Below are positions 25,038-39,290 of a DNA stretch of 64,000 nucleotides, one piece after another (position 1 is the first letter of the stretch; every line of letters begins with the position of its first letter). The stretch spans positions 248,001 through 312,000 of the forward strand of contig JBEWZL010000232.1 in the NCBI GenBank assembly GCA_045837725.1, in the 5' to 3' direction. Below the pieces are notes generated by a model. The model was not told the DNA's origin. It did not search any database and was given only the letters and a program-made list of their open reading frames with translations. The stretch is from Vermamoeba vermiformis (taxonomy: Eukaryota). The translations under genes and the position numbers were made by a program.

Positions 25038-26087
25038 ATGGCATATGACATATTCACTGCCGCTGAAAACAACGATGTGGCGCGCATTAAAGCACTATTA
25101 GCTGCAGGCACTGATGTTAATTGCGAGGATTTCGATCGCAGCTCCACACCCCTGCACTGGGCCTGTGCTAAGGGCAATTTCCAAGCCATGGAAGTGCTCG
25201 TTGATGCAGGTGCTGAACTCAACAAAACTAATAAGAACGGTCGCGCACCTCTGCATAATTTAGTCAGTGGCAGATTTGACAAGCTTGCAGTGTGGCTTGT
25301 TAAACGAGGAGCAGATCCAAACTTGCCTGATAAAAAAGGATTCAGTGCCATTGATTTAGCGTTACCATTCTTGCAAAAGGATCTACAAGGTATGATTAAT
25401 TGGGAATTTCTAAATATAATTACTCACCGTATTTAAATTTTCCATTGAACAGAAGCCTGGGCGAAGAGAGGACAAGGTAAATATTTGCAGCAACAGCGAA
25501 TTAAATAGGTCTTAACAACCCTTTAGAAACCGATGACGACGATGATATTGACGAGTTGCCCACGGTAAAGAAGATCGAAAAAGAAGCGGAGCGAAAACGA
25601 TCCTTGTCCAACTCAGGCAGCAGATCTGTTACTTCTGAAGAGGGGTACTGACTTGGCGTTAGATACTCGGAGCCGGGTGGAAAAATTGCATCACAAACGA
25701 AAATTACTAAAAAAGGACAAAATTTATCGATGCAGTTAGGTACTGACCCCTATTTATCAGGAAATCATGAAAGTTTATCTGCGCAATGGCTCGTACAAGA
25801 GTGTCAAAGTGACGCACAAGGACAACAGCGAAGCAGTCTGCGAACTCGTCGCTGAGAAGTGCAACTTGCCGCCTGGATTTGGCAAGTACTTTGAGCTGTA
25901 TGAGAAAGTCAAGGACAAAGAGCGTCGTTTAGGAGGTAAAGACAATCTATTTGACGTCAAGAAACAGTGGCCCATGATCTTCGGGCCCAGTGGAAATGAA
26001 ACACATCTGAAATGCTATTTTATTGCCGCACTCAAGCCTGGTGCACCTGAAAAAGTGCAACAAGTGTACAAAGCCATTCTCAAATAA
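25038..26087 (+). CDS. Ankyrin-repeat protein with C-terminal RA/ubiquitin-like domain
   Basis: TPLHWACAKG and APLHNL ankyrin repeats; final exon KVYLRNGSYKSVKV..VCELVAEKCNL..FELYE. Confidence 0.75.
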
Positions 26088-27147
26088 TTTGTTGTAGTTG
26101 TATAAATATTGTACTGACTTTGAATAGTATTTAAGTCATCAACTTGTCAGCGGATCAATTAATCGATCTAGATTACTTTAGTGCCTTACTTACGGTTCCG
26201 TAGCAATTTAAAATATGCCTTATCACAACACGCGTGTACTCCGGCCCATCAACAAATCGACGCAGTTAATTTGAGCAGTGGAACTTCGATCAGGGTTTTC
26301 GTTGGCGCAAAGAAAATACATTAAAGAACGCAATCGCAGTTGCGTGCAGTGTTTTTTTATTTCATTATCAGAACACTAGTCCACTGTAGCAGCACACAAC
26401 TGCAATCAATACTCCAATTGTATTTGCGCAGCTATTACAGTCACTGTAACGGTCAATAGTCTCGATCTCAATTCAGACTACAACGCACGAGGACTGATAG
26501 TTCAAATACCACGTTGTGTATATATAGTTGCTCAGTAAGTATTGTCCATGCTGGCCTCTCGCATCGGCGAGACGGTAAATTAACGTAATCTTTCTGTAAA
26601 TTTAGCTGCTAGCGTGCTGGCAGTACTCTTTTCCATCATACATATTAATAATATGGTTTATATGTTTAATACTAATTTTTGAAATCTAATTTCAAGTTTT
26701 ATTTTATGGAATGAATAATAATAATTTTTGGCGACAGATCAAGGCGTAACTTTGACCCTGCACTCACTGGCCATTATTTTTGTTCACTGATAATATGCAC
26801 TTGTTTGTTTAGATGGAATGTGCAATCAGACCAAGTAAGCGCGCTTTTAGATTTGCTGCTAAAACCCCGAAGAAATTTGATTATAACGGCGATCAAATTT
26901 ATATGCAAATGGGTACAACACACTTTTTCAATCTGTTTGTACTCCACTATGCAGCCGTGCAGAGAGCTGAATTGGAGCGGATGATCAGCCCACGAAATTT
27001 CACTAATTATTGCAATTATTTTTTGTTTTCTGGTCACAATTTCAATGTTTAGTGATTGGATCTGTGCTTGCAATAGTGAGATCTGACTAACAATTGACAA
27101 CCGTTGCAGGCATCGATATATTTCAAGCGGGCAGATCAGGCACATCA

Positions 27148-29046
27148 ATGAGCAGCAATATCTCACTTCACAACTACACTTACGTACAAAAACACACCAT
27201 CGACACACGACCGCGCGCAGGCACTGACGGACTCATGACCACGCAGCTCGGGCAGCGCAAGGTACGCGAGGCTGGCACGCCCTCGCCGACCCCCAAGAAG
27301 AAGTTGCACACCTCGCGGCCCAATTCACCGCCGACTGCGTATGGCCGCGATCGCTCGCTGACAGAGGTGATTGAAGTGCGCGAGGACGATGAGAGCATGG
27401 ACGAGACCGAGCCCTCTGACGGCGCACCGGTCACTGCCCCGCACCTCACCTTCTACGACGCGCGCATGAGCATGCAACACGCGCAACTCTCGCTCGAGAA
27501 TGGCGTGCAGCACGTGACAGTGAGCAGTTCACTGAACGAGTTAAATTACATGACTGGCACCGTGCCACACCCCATGGCTGAACACGCAGTCTATTATCCG
27601 CAGCACGGTGCTGGTCCGACATCCACAGCCGGCACAGGTGCAGCGCTGCTCAATGCATCGCCGCTCAGAGCACAGCAGCCCTCACCGCGCTTGCAGTCGA
27701 GCACGAGTTCGATGAGCGACACCTCTGCGCCACTGCGACCACGCATCACTGCACCTGTGAACATGGCGACCATGGGACTCGTGCAGACCTACACCAATCT
27801 GACCAAGAACTTCAAGAAGATGTTGCGCAAGACACAGCAAGCCAAAAAGAACAACTACTACAACGTGGCCATTGGCGAAGTGCTCAACAGCAAGTATGAA
27901 GTGCTCAGTGTGCTCGGCAAGGGCTCGTTTGGACAAGTAGTCAAAGCCAAGCTCGTGGGGCACAGCGAAGAGGATCGCGAGGCCCTGGTGGCTATCAAAA
28001 TCATTCGCAAGAGCACGCCCTTCCTCAATCAGGGCCGACAAGAGGTTCGCATATTGAAGTTACTCGATCAAGTCAAATTTGATCGCAGCAACAATTTTCT
28101 GGGTGAGTGTCCTTATTCTCTGTATTTAATGCAGCCCAATTATTAACCGCACCGCAGTGAATATGAAAGAAGAATTCATGCACGAGGGACACTTGTGCAT
28201 TGTATTTGAGCTCTTGTCGAGTTCGCTGTTGGAGCTCGTGAGCTGGACCAACAACGACGAAGTGCAGGGCCTCTCACTGCGCATGGTGCACAAGTTCAGT
28301 CATCAGCTCGTCTGTGCCCTCGCCACTCTGCGCACCCTGCAAGTGATACACTGCGACTTGAAGCCCGAGAACATTGCCCTGCTCAATCCCAATCGCGCGC
28401 ACATCAAAGTGCTGGACTTTGGTTCTGCGTGTCAGCCCTGGGAGAATCAAGTGAATGTAAGTCGGACTCGGCTCTGTACCTCTCATGGCTGTGACTAATG
28501 CGAGTGCAGCACTTCCCGTACATTCAGAGTCGCTTCTACCGCGCGCCAGAGATATTGTTGGGCACGCCGTACAGCTTTCCCATTGACATGTGGAGTCTCG
28601 GCTGCGTGTTGGTGGAGCTCTACACCGCGCGACCACTGTTCCCTGGCCGCGACAGCATTGAACAGCTGTACAAGATTATGGAGGTACTCGGCCCTCCTCC
28701 GAACAACATGCTCGAACAAGCTGTCTATTTGAAGAAATATTTTGTCAAGAAGGGCAACGAGCTGTTCTTGAAAGAGGTATGCGAGCGAAGCAGATCTGTC
28801 CCGCAGTCAGCTAATCAATGTGTTCATTAGGACTATCCGTTCAAAGCGAGGAATCTGCGCGAGTTAATATTCTTTAAGAATCATTTAGAAGAGCAAAAAC
28901 ATTTAGAGAACTTTCTCGATCTCGTTACGCGCATGCTGGTCTACGATCCGAATGCGCGAATATCACCAACAGAGGCCTTAAACCACCCATTTATATTATA
29001 TGGCCCCGGTATCAAACAGCCTGCCACCAACCCTTTCAACAAATAA
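27148..29046 (+). CDS. DYRK-family dual-specificity protein kinase
   Basis: [48 protein letters not shown]. Start ATG uncertain. Confidence 0.9.
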
Positions 29047-29455
29047 CCGTTTATGTACATACCAACTACCCCTCCTTGCCTGTAATATATTGCCCCCAAA
29101 GCAAAGTTGTATGATCTACTGCCAAATATCTTCGTTTTTGTGCAATAAAAACTTAATTTATTGTTAAATTGTGTTCGGTATACCTCGCTGCAATCTCCTT
29201 TTGCAAATTTCCACGAGAAAGGAAAAAATGTCAAAAGCAGTTCCGTTCATCTTGTTCATTTGAGCCCTTTCCACCCTTTATAACCACCACCTTACCCCTT
29301 TGTTCTCCCGTCCCTTTGACTATTCTAGTCTACTTTTGTTCTCGTTCTCACGATGCAGGTTGGTAGCTTCCTTCTTTTGTTTACTGCTTTTGCAATCTTT
29401 TCCTTTTCAAATTTCTTTGTGTAGGTTGTGGTTGAAACTAATTTTGCTATTTGTA

Positions 29456-31182
29456 ATGCAGGCTATCAGTTCTAAATTCGATCAGTTGGATTCGCATTCA
29501 GAATCAAATTACTTCAGAAGTCCTAATACAACTCCTGTTCACCACTCAGTATGTTGCATATCAATTAGCATACCTATATTTCACCATACGATAATTTTCC
29601 TGCTTTTTTTTTCGTCGCTGACCAAATCAAATCAGGTTTTGGAAGATCTTCCCTCAGGTTACTGGGATATTTCACAACCTTCTTATAATCAACCACAAAC
29701 TTTCCGTCAACAACACTCTAATATCTACAGCAAGTAAGTTAACGCATCGGTTAAATCAACCTTTCCATAATCAAAAAGATTCGCTTAACCGTTGTTCGGT
29801 ATTATAAAACGATCAATCCGAATGACATTTAATCGACCATCTCTCCAATTAACTCACATTTGAGTTACGAAAAACATTTTCTTGAATCCAAGTTGCACGA
29901 TCTAACCGAATTTGTTTCAGTCCTGAGCCGTCTTACTTCAAGCCCAAGCCGATCGAACAATACAGCCAACCAATGCAGTACCCGTACAACACCAGCTCTC
30001 CTCGTCCTATCACTCAATTGACGCCAGTAGCTTATGCTCAATCTCCTCAAGGAGGCTTTGTTCAAATCCCCGTGGATCAGACCTTGATGAACATCTTGCT
30101 GGCCCAGTCCAAGCAAGTCCCTCAGTACTCACCGATGGTCTCCTACGTCCCTCTCTCATCTTCAGCCCCCTCAATGGTCTCAGTGCCCATCAATCTTGCC
30201 ATCCCTGCCAGTTCCAGTGCCCCACGCGCTCCTCAAATCAAGCTCGAAGCTGTCACCAAGAAGGCTTTGCACGTGCGCAAGCCCAAGAGCCAAACTGCCT
30301 CGCCTTTGTCCACCAGTCCCACTTCACCTGGTGCTGTCAAGCGTGCGCGCAAAGTGCGTCCTAAGGTACAAGCTACCAAGGGCTCAATGCAATGCCAAGG
30401 CATCAACCGCAAGAAGGGCTGTCAGTGCAAGAACGCAGCACTGATGGAGTACTTTGGTCCTCGTCCGCTCTACTGCGCTGAGCACATTGAACAAGATCCC
30501 AACTGCTACTACACTAAGTGCAAGTCTCCTCACCAAAAGACCCCTGGTGACAACAAAGGCTGCCGCGAAGTGGTGCTCAAAGAGTTCGAGTACTGCCACA
30601 AGCACTTCCAAATGTACACGAGCAAGATCCAAGGCAATGATGCGTGTTCTTTCTCCGTCGAACGCTTGCGCCGTGTTGAAGACTTGTTGCAGCAATTGGA
30701 ACAAGAGGCTGCTCACGCCAAGAAGACAGATGCGGATCTGTATCAACGCAAGAACAAATTGATCCCCAAATTCACTGAGATGAGAATGATGTTGATCAAG
30801 CGCGCTGCTGAATTGGGTGCTGATCAAGCCCTGCTCAACAGACCCACTGAGTTGGCCACACCTCTGAGCCCCAGCAGCAGCATGGTCAGCTCGCCCTCCG
30901 ACATGTCACCTAACTGCGCGGGTGTTGACGACATCAACGCAGAGAGCCAAGAGACCTATGAGAACTCCATGTCCGACAACGACTCGTTGGAGGATGTGTT
31001 TGCTACTGCACACGACATGGACTCCCCTGATGCTATTGAACACCAATCTCACCACAACATTGATATGTGGCACGTAGACGAGTCTACTGCTCGAGGTACG
31101 TAGTTGGATCTGAGTGGTTGTTATGCACGAATATTTAACTTAAGACCAATTAGTAGATGAGAACACTCACTTCGTATACTAA
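29456..31182 (+). CDS. Putative nuclear protein with two C-C-C-H (WRC-like) zinc fingers and a coiled coil
   Basis: CQGINRKKGCQC..LYCAEH and CKSPHQ..KGCREVVLKEFEYCHKH, preceded by basic KRARKVRPK; Pro/Ser/Gln-rich N-terminus and acidic tail. Confidence 0.7.
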
Positions 31183-31790
31183 GAGAACAAACAACTATTA
31201 ACCCCCAACCCCACCGCCCATCACCTGCCCAACCCTCCAATTCTGCAAAGGATCTCGCCGAATGCAGAACTCTCAGTATTGCTCCGCCCACAGCTTGGTT
31301 TGATTAAAGAGTCTACAAAATATTCTTCAATAATAATAATCCTTCAATTAATAACAAATGCTCGTAATAACAACAATAACTGCGAACTATCAATATCTAT
31401 CAATAACGTCAAGTACGTACTCTCAAACCAACAAGCGGACTGGATGCACACAGTAGAGTTCAGCAATTGGACAGATTCTTTGTGCGCGTGTAGTGTCGTA
31501 AAAAGGGCCGAACGCGCGCCATTTAAAGTTTGGATTGACAGGCCTCCGTTGTGCTGTTATTCTTACAAAGAATCAGACACACGGGGCTTGTGGTTTTTTA
31601 TTTGTTTTTGACAGAGTATCAGAAATAAATAAATCTGACTTTATTTGCTTTATACAATCGCCAACACTGTGCAAGAATGCTGTATCTTTGCGAATTCTTT
31701 GGTAAATTTCCGCGAGAAGAGATCCTGTCACGCGGTAAGGTTTATAAAAGCAAAATTCGAATAGCCACCTCAAACAACCATCAAATTACA

Positions 31791-32171
31791 ATGAACACCA
31801 ACACAACTACCACCCCTATTGCTGTACCTGTTGTACAACCTACTTACGGCGAAACGGTACCAGATGTGAGTGCGCCAACTATTAAACACAGAGAAGTGCG
31901 CTCTGTGCGAGACCCTATCACCGACAAACAACACATTGAAGTTGTGAAGACTAAGATCGAACACCCTTCACGAGCTCGAGAGCTTGGCAGAGCTGTTATG
32001 TATTATCTGGCCTGGATGGTATGACACGCTTGTTTTTTCCCTTGTGTATTATGCCTCTAACACGATGATTTATAGGCTGTAGTTACTGGCTTATTATATT
32101 TCAGCAACTTGTTGCCAATTGATAATGGTCCAACATTCAAATCTGCTACCCAGCCTCCAGATGAGATCTAA
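31791..32171 (+). CDS. Small single-pass membrane protein
   Basis: Two exons; TM helix AVMYYLAWMAVVTGLLYF spans the intron; TATAAAAG lies ~48 nt upstream. Confidence 0.6.
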
Positions 32172-32324
32172 GTTGTAACAATTTTGTAAATAGCTAACAA
32201 TCAGTAAAACAATATTTTTTGTTTTAAATCCGAGGTTTTATTAACTATATTTACTTATCACGTCCGATAGACGAACAATAAAACAAAGGATCCGCTTTTT
32301 TGATAATATTTTTGTATTATTGTT

Positions 32325-33081
32325 TTATTTAAGAGGAATGAAGCGAGAAGAGTGGGTAGCACCAATACCGGGTTTACCGTGCTTAACGGGTTTGTAAGTA
32401 AGAGCAAACTCGCCCAAGTAGTGGCCGATCATTTCAGGCTGCAATAAAAAAAATTAGATCGTGCTCCATAAATACCAAATCAATAACTAGTGGCTTAATA
32501 TAACGATATGTACCTTAATTTCGACGTTAGTGAAACCCTTGCCGTTGTGAACACCAACAATAGAGCCGATCATCTCGGGGACGATGATAGCATCACGCAA
32601 GTGGGTCTTGACAGCCTCAGGCTTGTCACCGACGGCAGCTTCGCGCTTAGACTTGCGGAGCTTCTTAACCAAGCCCTTTTGATTTTGGTTCAAACCTCTG
32701 TTGAACTTTCTGCGAGCACGAGCGTGGAAAAGCTCACGCAATTGCTTGGTGCCAAGCTCCAACAAGTTGTCCAAATCAATTCCTCTGTAAGAGAACTTTC
32801 TGAAGATTCTCTTCTTATTAGCCTGATAAATAATAATAATTAATTTTTGTTGTAATTATTAAAATCCAATAATTATTGTTTCATGATAGTATTAAATGTA
32901 ATAGGAACGCAGTCTTGTGTGGTCGTTAATAATAACATAATTCTATCATTTTTGAATTATTATTCACAGATAAATATTGTTGAGATGCAGATTAAATCTG
33001 AAGTCGACCGCCGTTCCATTGCTGTATTACAAGCTTTCATAAGATTAACTACTCCCAAATACATACGTCGTCGTCGGCCAT
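32325..33081 (-). CDS. RPS15: 40S ribosomal protein S15 (uS19)
   Basis: [65 protein letters not shown]; three exons. Confidence 0.97.
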
Positions 33082-33486
33082 TTTAATCGAACGTGATAGT
33101 GTGTCCACGGAAAAGGAAGGAATGAAAAGGTGCAGAAAACAAAAAAAGAGGTCGAAATTATCAATTTTATTTTCGACCAATCAGAAACTAGATCAGGAAA
33201 TTTCACATGATAACCGTTCCTTTGTCTTTCAATGCTTGATGCAGTGGCACTTGCCGTAGTTAAGCTTCAGCCACTAAGAAGCTAAAAGAAGTGTGCGGAT
33301 TTATGTTCAGATCTGGATTCGCTTGCAGAAAAGCGCATCCTGTCTTCCGTTTTTGAATTCAGTGAAGCATTACAACGCCTTTGTATCAAGTGGTAGACGT
33401 GGACAGCTTTCTAGCGTTTTCGGACACTGAAGGGTAATTTCACACTTTATTGATATTTACACAAATACATAGTTTTGGGTTTGGTT

Positions 33487-36400
33487 TTACGTTAATTGAT
33501 GAGGCTTAGCGCCACGCGGTTCGCACTGCAATGAATGTTCGAACAGTTCATCGTCGTTGAGCTGCGAGGCTTCTTTGATGAGCCTTTCAATGGGATAGTC
33601 ATCAGCGACTGTAATGGGCTCGATAATGTAGTCGATTTTGTTGAATCGCAAAAAGTTAGCGACCACAGTGTAGATTAGTTTACGCTTCGCCCAGTTAATT
33701 AGATCGCCAATCATGTTCGGGTTACCGTCTTCTACAAATGTCATGTCCTTCAATGTGACACCACTGCAGTGTTGCGAGTTAATACCAATGTACGAAGTTG
33801 TTAAACTAAGACTTACATGTACGGCACACAGGGCACACCAGAGACACCAGACACGGAGTCACGATAGTTCTTAAATGATCCCTCCATGCCCATCAGTTGC
33901 TCTAAGTTTTGTAACATCTAATGAAGCATTAGTATCTGCTACGAAGCCAATTAACGGATTGCCCTTACTAGTTTCGGCGCTCGTCCGAGTTTCTCAATGG
34001 TCCATTTTAATCGAGACACAGCGACGTTATTCAGGCCAGTGATGAGAGCATAGGCCAAGTGATAGTTGTTCATCTCGCGCAGTAGCTGAGAGAGGTGTCA
34101 GTAAGTCCAAAAGCGCTCGTTAATTACTGTTGTACCTGTGCAATTTTGATCACTTTAGCGACGAGGACACGTCGTTGTCGGAGCTTCTTTTCCATCACAA
34201 TTTCCGAGGCTACCCAATTAGAGTAATAATTGAAGCTGTTAATGAGCTTAAGGACATTAGGAGCTAGGTGCTGCAATGACGGCTTGGCCCAGGCTTGATC
34301 GAAGAATTCTTCAGGCTACAGCGAATTAGCGCAAGCACAGATATTTGACGAGACTTACTTTGATGCGGGCGTAGATTCGCCAGACATCGAGGGTGAGCTG
34401 GCGTGCAATGGTGACTTCATCCAAGTCAATCAGTTTGGGTGTTCTGATTGTTCCTTTGAACTTGAACGGCACGTGCGCCAGTGAGAGGTTCGGTGATTCG
34501 GGCTTGGTCTTGCTAACACGCTGCACGAGAGTTAAAATCGAGGCGGCTCATTCACGGCACCAGTACTTACGTCAAGAATTTTCAAGAGCTGTTGACCGCG
34601 CTCGTGACCGACAGTAGTCTCAATGAAAATCATCAACTTCTCCACCACACTCTTGTCCAGGTTGTGATAGTCTCGCTCGAGCCATTGACACACGAAGAAA
34701 ATGACGCGGACTCGAATGCGTTCAGCGACACTCTCACTGACCTTGTCTTTTGTCGAATATCGCTGGATCAGCTTGTGGAGCAACATGTCAGGTGAGGTGA
34801 AGGAGCGGTAAGTGAAGATAAATATGTCTTGGAAGTTCGCATCTACGAGCAGTGTTAGTTGTTAGATCAGAGCTATCGCCACCTCTTACCGTAATTATCT
34901 GCATCAGTAACACGGGCCACGAGTTTGTTGAGTGTTGCGTGCTCAATTTCCATTTTATTTGAAGTGGTGTCTCTGCTGTTGTTGAGCTGAGGTGATGGTG
35001 TTTGCGCATAACAGATGAACTTGTCGCCGTCACCTTCGTCGTAAATGTTGACATCGTCTTCATCAATCGCAGCACGTGATCCTTCTTCTGTGATTGTTGA
35101 TTCCTGCGCACCTGTGAGCACATTGATCGCATGGACGTCGTTCATTCCTTACCTCTTTCAGTATCAGATGATCGCCAGGAGATACACCAGCTTCTTTAAG
35201 GGACTGACGTCGGTTCAACAGCTTGTCATTCATGTACAACGAGTACGTGCCCGAGTAGTTCTCAGTCTTGCACACGTAGTAAATGATTTCTGAGATCTTT
35301 TCGTCCAAATTCACCGTAAACTTCTTCTCGTCGTCGATGACCTTGATGAACACGTCTTGAGGCTGTGAAGTGTAGCGCAAACGATATCTGTTCTTGAATG
35401 GATCGGTGTAGCTCCGCAGAGTACGATCGGGTTCCAGCCATTCACTGTGCGCTGACGTGTCATTGGCCTGTGTCTTAGTCTCGAGTACAAGGCCGTAGTC
35501 GCGCATGCTGGTGCCTTTCAACTCTTCATTGATGGCTGCAATTACGTCCTTGACAAGATCGCGAGCATAGACTTCAATATTCACATAGGTCTCGTCGTTG
35601 AACATAACTTTCACCACTTCAGGTTTCGGTTTGAGATGAATTTCACCCTAAAATAGTGTCAGCTAAGGTGATTAAATATATTGTTGTACATACTGCGTGC
35701 ATCTCATGCTGGTAAAACATGAGCGGCTTTGTGTCGAGCAAGCGGACCTCTGTGAAGTTCATGTCAGCAACACTAACGCTTGCAACTCGAGATACGTACC
35801 GTCGAATCCAGTGTTTTTATCGCTCAAACTCTTCAGTGCACGTGTTTGAATTTCTTCGTTTTCATCGTGATCAGGGTCTGCTCGTTGTTCGTTCGCGTTG
35901 CTCGATGGTTTTAGCACAGCCAACACGTACTCGTCGTCGCTTGGCAATGCTAACTGCTTAACAATGCGCATAACAAACTCGGACAAGAGCGTGAACGGAT
36001 CTGCTTCAACTGTGACAGCTCGCTTAGTGCCAGACTCGCTCACATTGCAGTGAATGGTGATCTTCCACGGCAACAACTTGAGGTAGCCCAGTCCCTCGGC
36101 AGTGAGACTCGCCACTGCTGTCACTAGAGTTGACGGGTCTGCAAAGGATCCTTCGCTTGGTGCGCGTGAATCTGGTCCTCGATCATTGTCGACATCCGTC
36201 GAGTCTGTGAGTGAGGTCGGTGAACCGTCACGGAAGTTATCAGGAATAACAAACAGTCCGCACTTATTGTTCTGCAAAGGCTTCAACTGTTCAGCCGGCA
36301 GTCGTCCCAATACTTTGTCAATCAACTCTTGCACAGTCGTGTCGTCAGTGTACATCATCATGTAGCTGTTTGCACCAGTGCCTGCGACATCAGTAACGAC

Positions 36401-39290
36401 GACTTTGAAAGGCTTGCGATCACCAGCGACACGAGCGCGACTGAGTGAGGCGAGCAGTGATGAACCTGACGGCTTCTTTTCAGGTCCGTCATCGATCTTG
36501 TTGTCTTCAGTGGCGTTGATGCTGATCATCACATTGACATCGGAGGCAGAGGCACTCTTGAGGTCCTCTTCGTCCTCTTGTCTGCTCTCGTTGAAGTGTT
36601 CAATCACCACCTTCACTTGCTCGTTCTCATCTGCTAGTTTTTCCAACTCTTTGAACGTGTCACTGGTAACGAGTTTGATGATCTCATTGCGCAGTCGACA
36701 TCGCTCAATAAGGCTCTCATTACTATCCAAGACCTCGTTGATGATTGCTAGCGCCATTGCCTGCATTTTCATTAATATACGAGTTCATAGTTGTGCTAGA
36801 CGTACCTTAATTTCGATGTTTTTCGTTTTCAGTATTGAGGCAATTGGACTTGTTAAGAATGGACTCTTACGTCTCTTCTTCAATTGCACCAATCCTTCGA
36901 CGAGCAATCTAACAAACGGGTTAGTAAATATGGTTTGTATGCTCAGATAAACATACTTGGGGCCAATTTCAGGATCGACGGCCGTGATGATCTCCAACAA
37001 TGTGACCGACAGACGCATAACCGTGTCGTCATCAATATCGAGGCACGCGAGAATTGAACTAACGAGATTCGGTGTTGTTAACAGGGTCTTGATGGTTGTC
37101 TGCATAATAAAGTGAGTATGACAATGTACTTGAATAATCGTCGTACCTCAGCCAGTTCCAGCAAACAACTCAACACCTCAATTTGACGGTCTTTGACGCC
37201 GCTCGTGTCTCGTGGTGTCATGGCAGTTTGTTGCAACAAATCAACGAGCAGTGGCACACCGCCAGTGTCCACAAATAAGTACAATTGTGCATCTGATTGC
37301 GCCAACAGCTCGTGCAGTCGCTTCAAATAGCTGATGTCATCGCTCTTCAGGCCATCAATCAACGACATCATTTCATCGCGCTCTTTGTTCTTTTTCTTCG
37401 GCTACGAATCATACAAGTGAGTTACTGTGCGGCACTGAGGGTGGATAGTACTGTCTTACCTTGTTGTCCAACAACAAGCTGATTGTGTCGCCCTTGTAAA
37501 GTCTTAACATGCGCCATTTGTCTGCGTCTTTCATTCGCTTTAGTTGTTCTTTTCTGTTTTCTGAGAGATCTTGTGTTTCCTATTTAACGCAATTAGACGC
37601 TATTCACCACACTAGTGCAATTCAAACTCACCAGTAGGGACTCGAATGCCTCTCTGAATTTCGAATAAGGAGGGACAACGCCCTTCAATTCTTCCAAAAA
37701 TCCAAGTTCAACATCGCTCAGTGACAAGCTCGTTGACTTGCGACGACGAACAACATCGGGTGAGGACGCAGTGAGTGACCTCTCTTGCTTATCTTTCGAT
37801 TCTTTTTGTGACGTTACTGTGAAATTTCGTGTTCTAGTCGGTGATGGATTGTTGTTACTGGCTTCGGCTTCTTTAATCTGAGAGAGCGAGCGAATGGACC
37901 GTCGCTTGGCTTTGCTGGGACTAGTGGGTGCTGAGGCTGATTCGGTCACGGTGACGACAGGCAGTGAACTGGAGCTGTGTGACATGACCACGACATCGCT
38001 CAGCTTGCGGCGTCGAGTTGATGAGCCTGCAGAGGACGAGCGACCAACAGTGTCGTATTTGCGACCGAGAATTGGTACTTCGGGGAGCGAGAGGGAGCCT
38101 TCTACACCGCTGCTGGACAGGGGCTGTGCATCTTGACTAGTCTCTGATTTTTCTGCTGCGTTGTCGAGCAGATAAATTCGACTGCCCTTCTCTTTGATCA
38201 CTTTCATGTCACTCTCGGGCAACGGATTGTCGTCCAATGACACTGTGAACACGTGCTTGAGGAAGTTGCTGTCCAGTAGTGCTGCGGGTATTGTGGTCAA
38301 ATTGTTGCTATGCAGCATTAATACTGTAAGTTTTTCGAGTTGCTTCGTCTTCACCGGAACATCCGAGATTTTGTTGTACTCGGCGCGGATAATAGTGAGT
38401 TGCACACAACGATGAATATTTTTTGGCAGTGCTTCTATTTGATTTTCATGGACATATAATTCTTTCAGCTCGCTCAACAATTTAATGGTGCTTGGGAGTC
38501 GATCCAGGGCGTTGTCGTTGACTTTGAACACGACTAATTTTGAAAGTTGTGGTAATTGAGAGTGGGGCAGCCTCTTAATTTTGTTGTGAGCCAAATTGAG
38601 TTTTGTTAAATTAGTCAAGCCGAAAAGTTTCTTTGGGAACACTTCAAAATTGTTGCTTGCGAGTTCGAGGTGTTCGATCTTGGTTAACTGCTGAAATCCA
38701 ACTGGCAATTTCTTCAAATTATTTGCATTTAAAAAGAGCTGTTGCAAATTGACGAGTTTAGTAATCTCCGCTGGGATGGAACCAACTCCACAAGATGTAA
38801 GATTCAAAGAAGTCAGCTTGGTCAATGAGAGCACCACACGAGGAAATTTGGAGAAGCAATTTCCTTCTAGATTTAACTCTACAAGGTTGTTGAGAGTGCT
38901 GAGCTGATCGGGCAATTCGGTGATCAGATTGAAAGAAATATCCACGTGTGTGATTGATTGTGAGTTGAGAATGAGACTCGGGATTTGAACAATTTGATTC
39001 TTTCGTAATGATATTCGCTGTATTTTTTTGAGCTGAACCTTGGGCAAATCCGATAAACCCGCGTCTTCGAGTACCAAAGAAACCAGATTTTCCAAAGCTG
39101 ATATTTCGTTCGGAATTGCTTTGAGCTTGCACGATTTGATAATGCATTGTTCTAGTTGAGGCAGTGTTTTGATGATTTTTGAGAGGTAATTATCAACGCT
39201 CGCTTTTAATTTTTTTGATCGCACCTCAATCTTCGGCGCTTCCTTGCTCTTCGCTGCCTCTTGAATTAACAACGCAAATTTATTGCCCAT
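33487..39290 (-). CDS. LRR + GBD/FH3-like + ubiquitin-like + REM + RasGEF protein (Dictyostelium GefL-like)
   Basis: LRR array (39290-38200), formin GBD/FH3-like segment (KWRMLRLYK, FVDTGGVPLL, ERCRLRNEI), REM (HATLNKLV, FIFTYRSFTSP), CDC25 domain (IARQLTL, PCVPY, TFVEDGNPN..INWAKR). Confidence 0.85.

Noticed and set aside
33195-33445. Structured ncRNA between RPS15 and the RasGEF 3' end
   Set aside because: Only short, conflicting pairings (CTTGATGCA/TGTATCAAG, TTCAGTG/CACTGAA) and no family motif.
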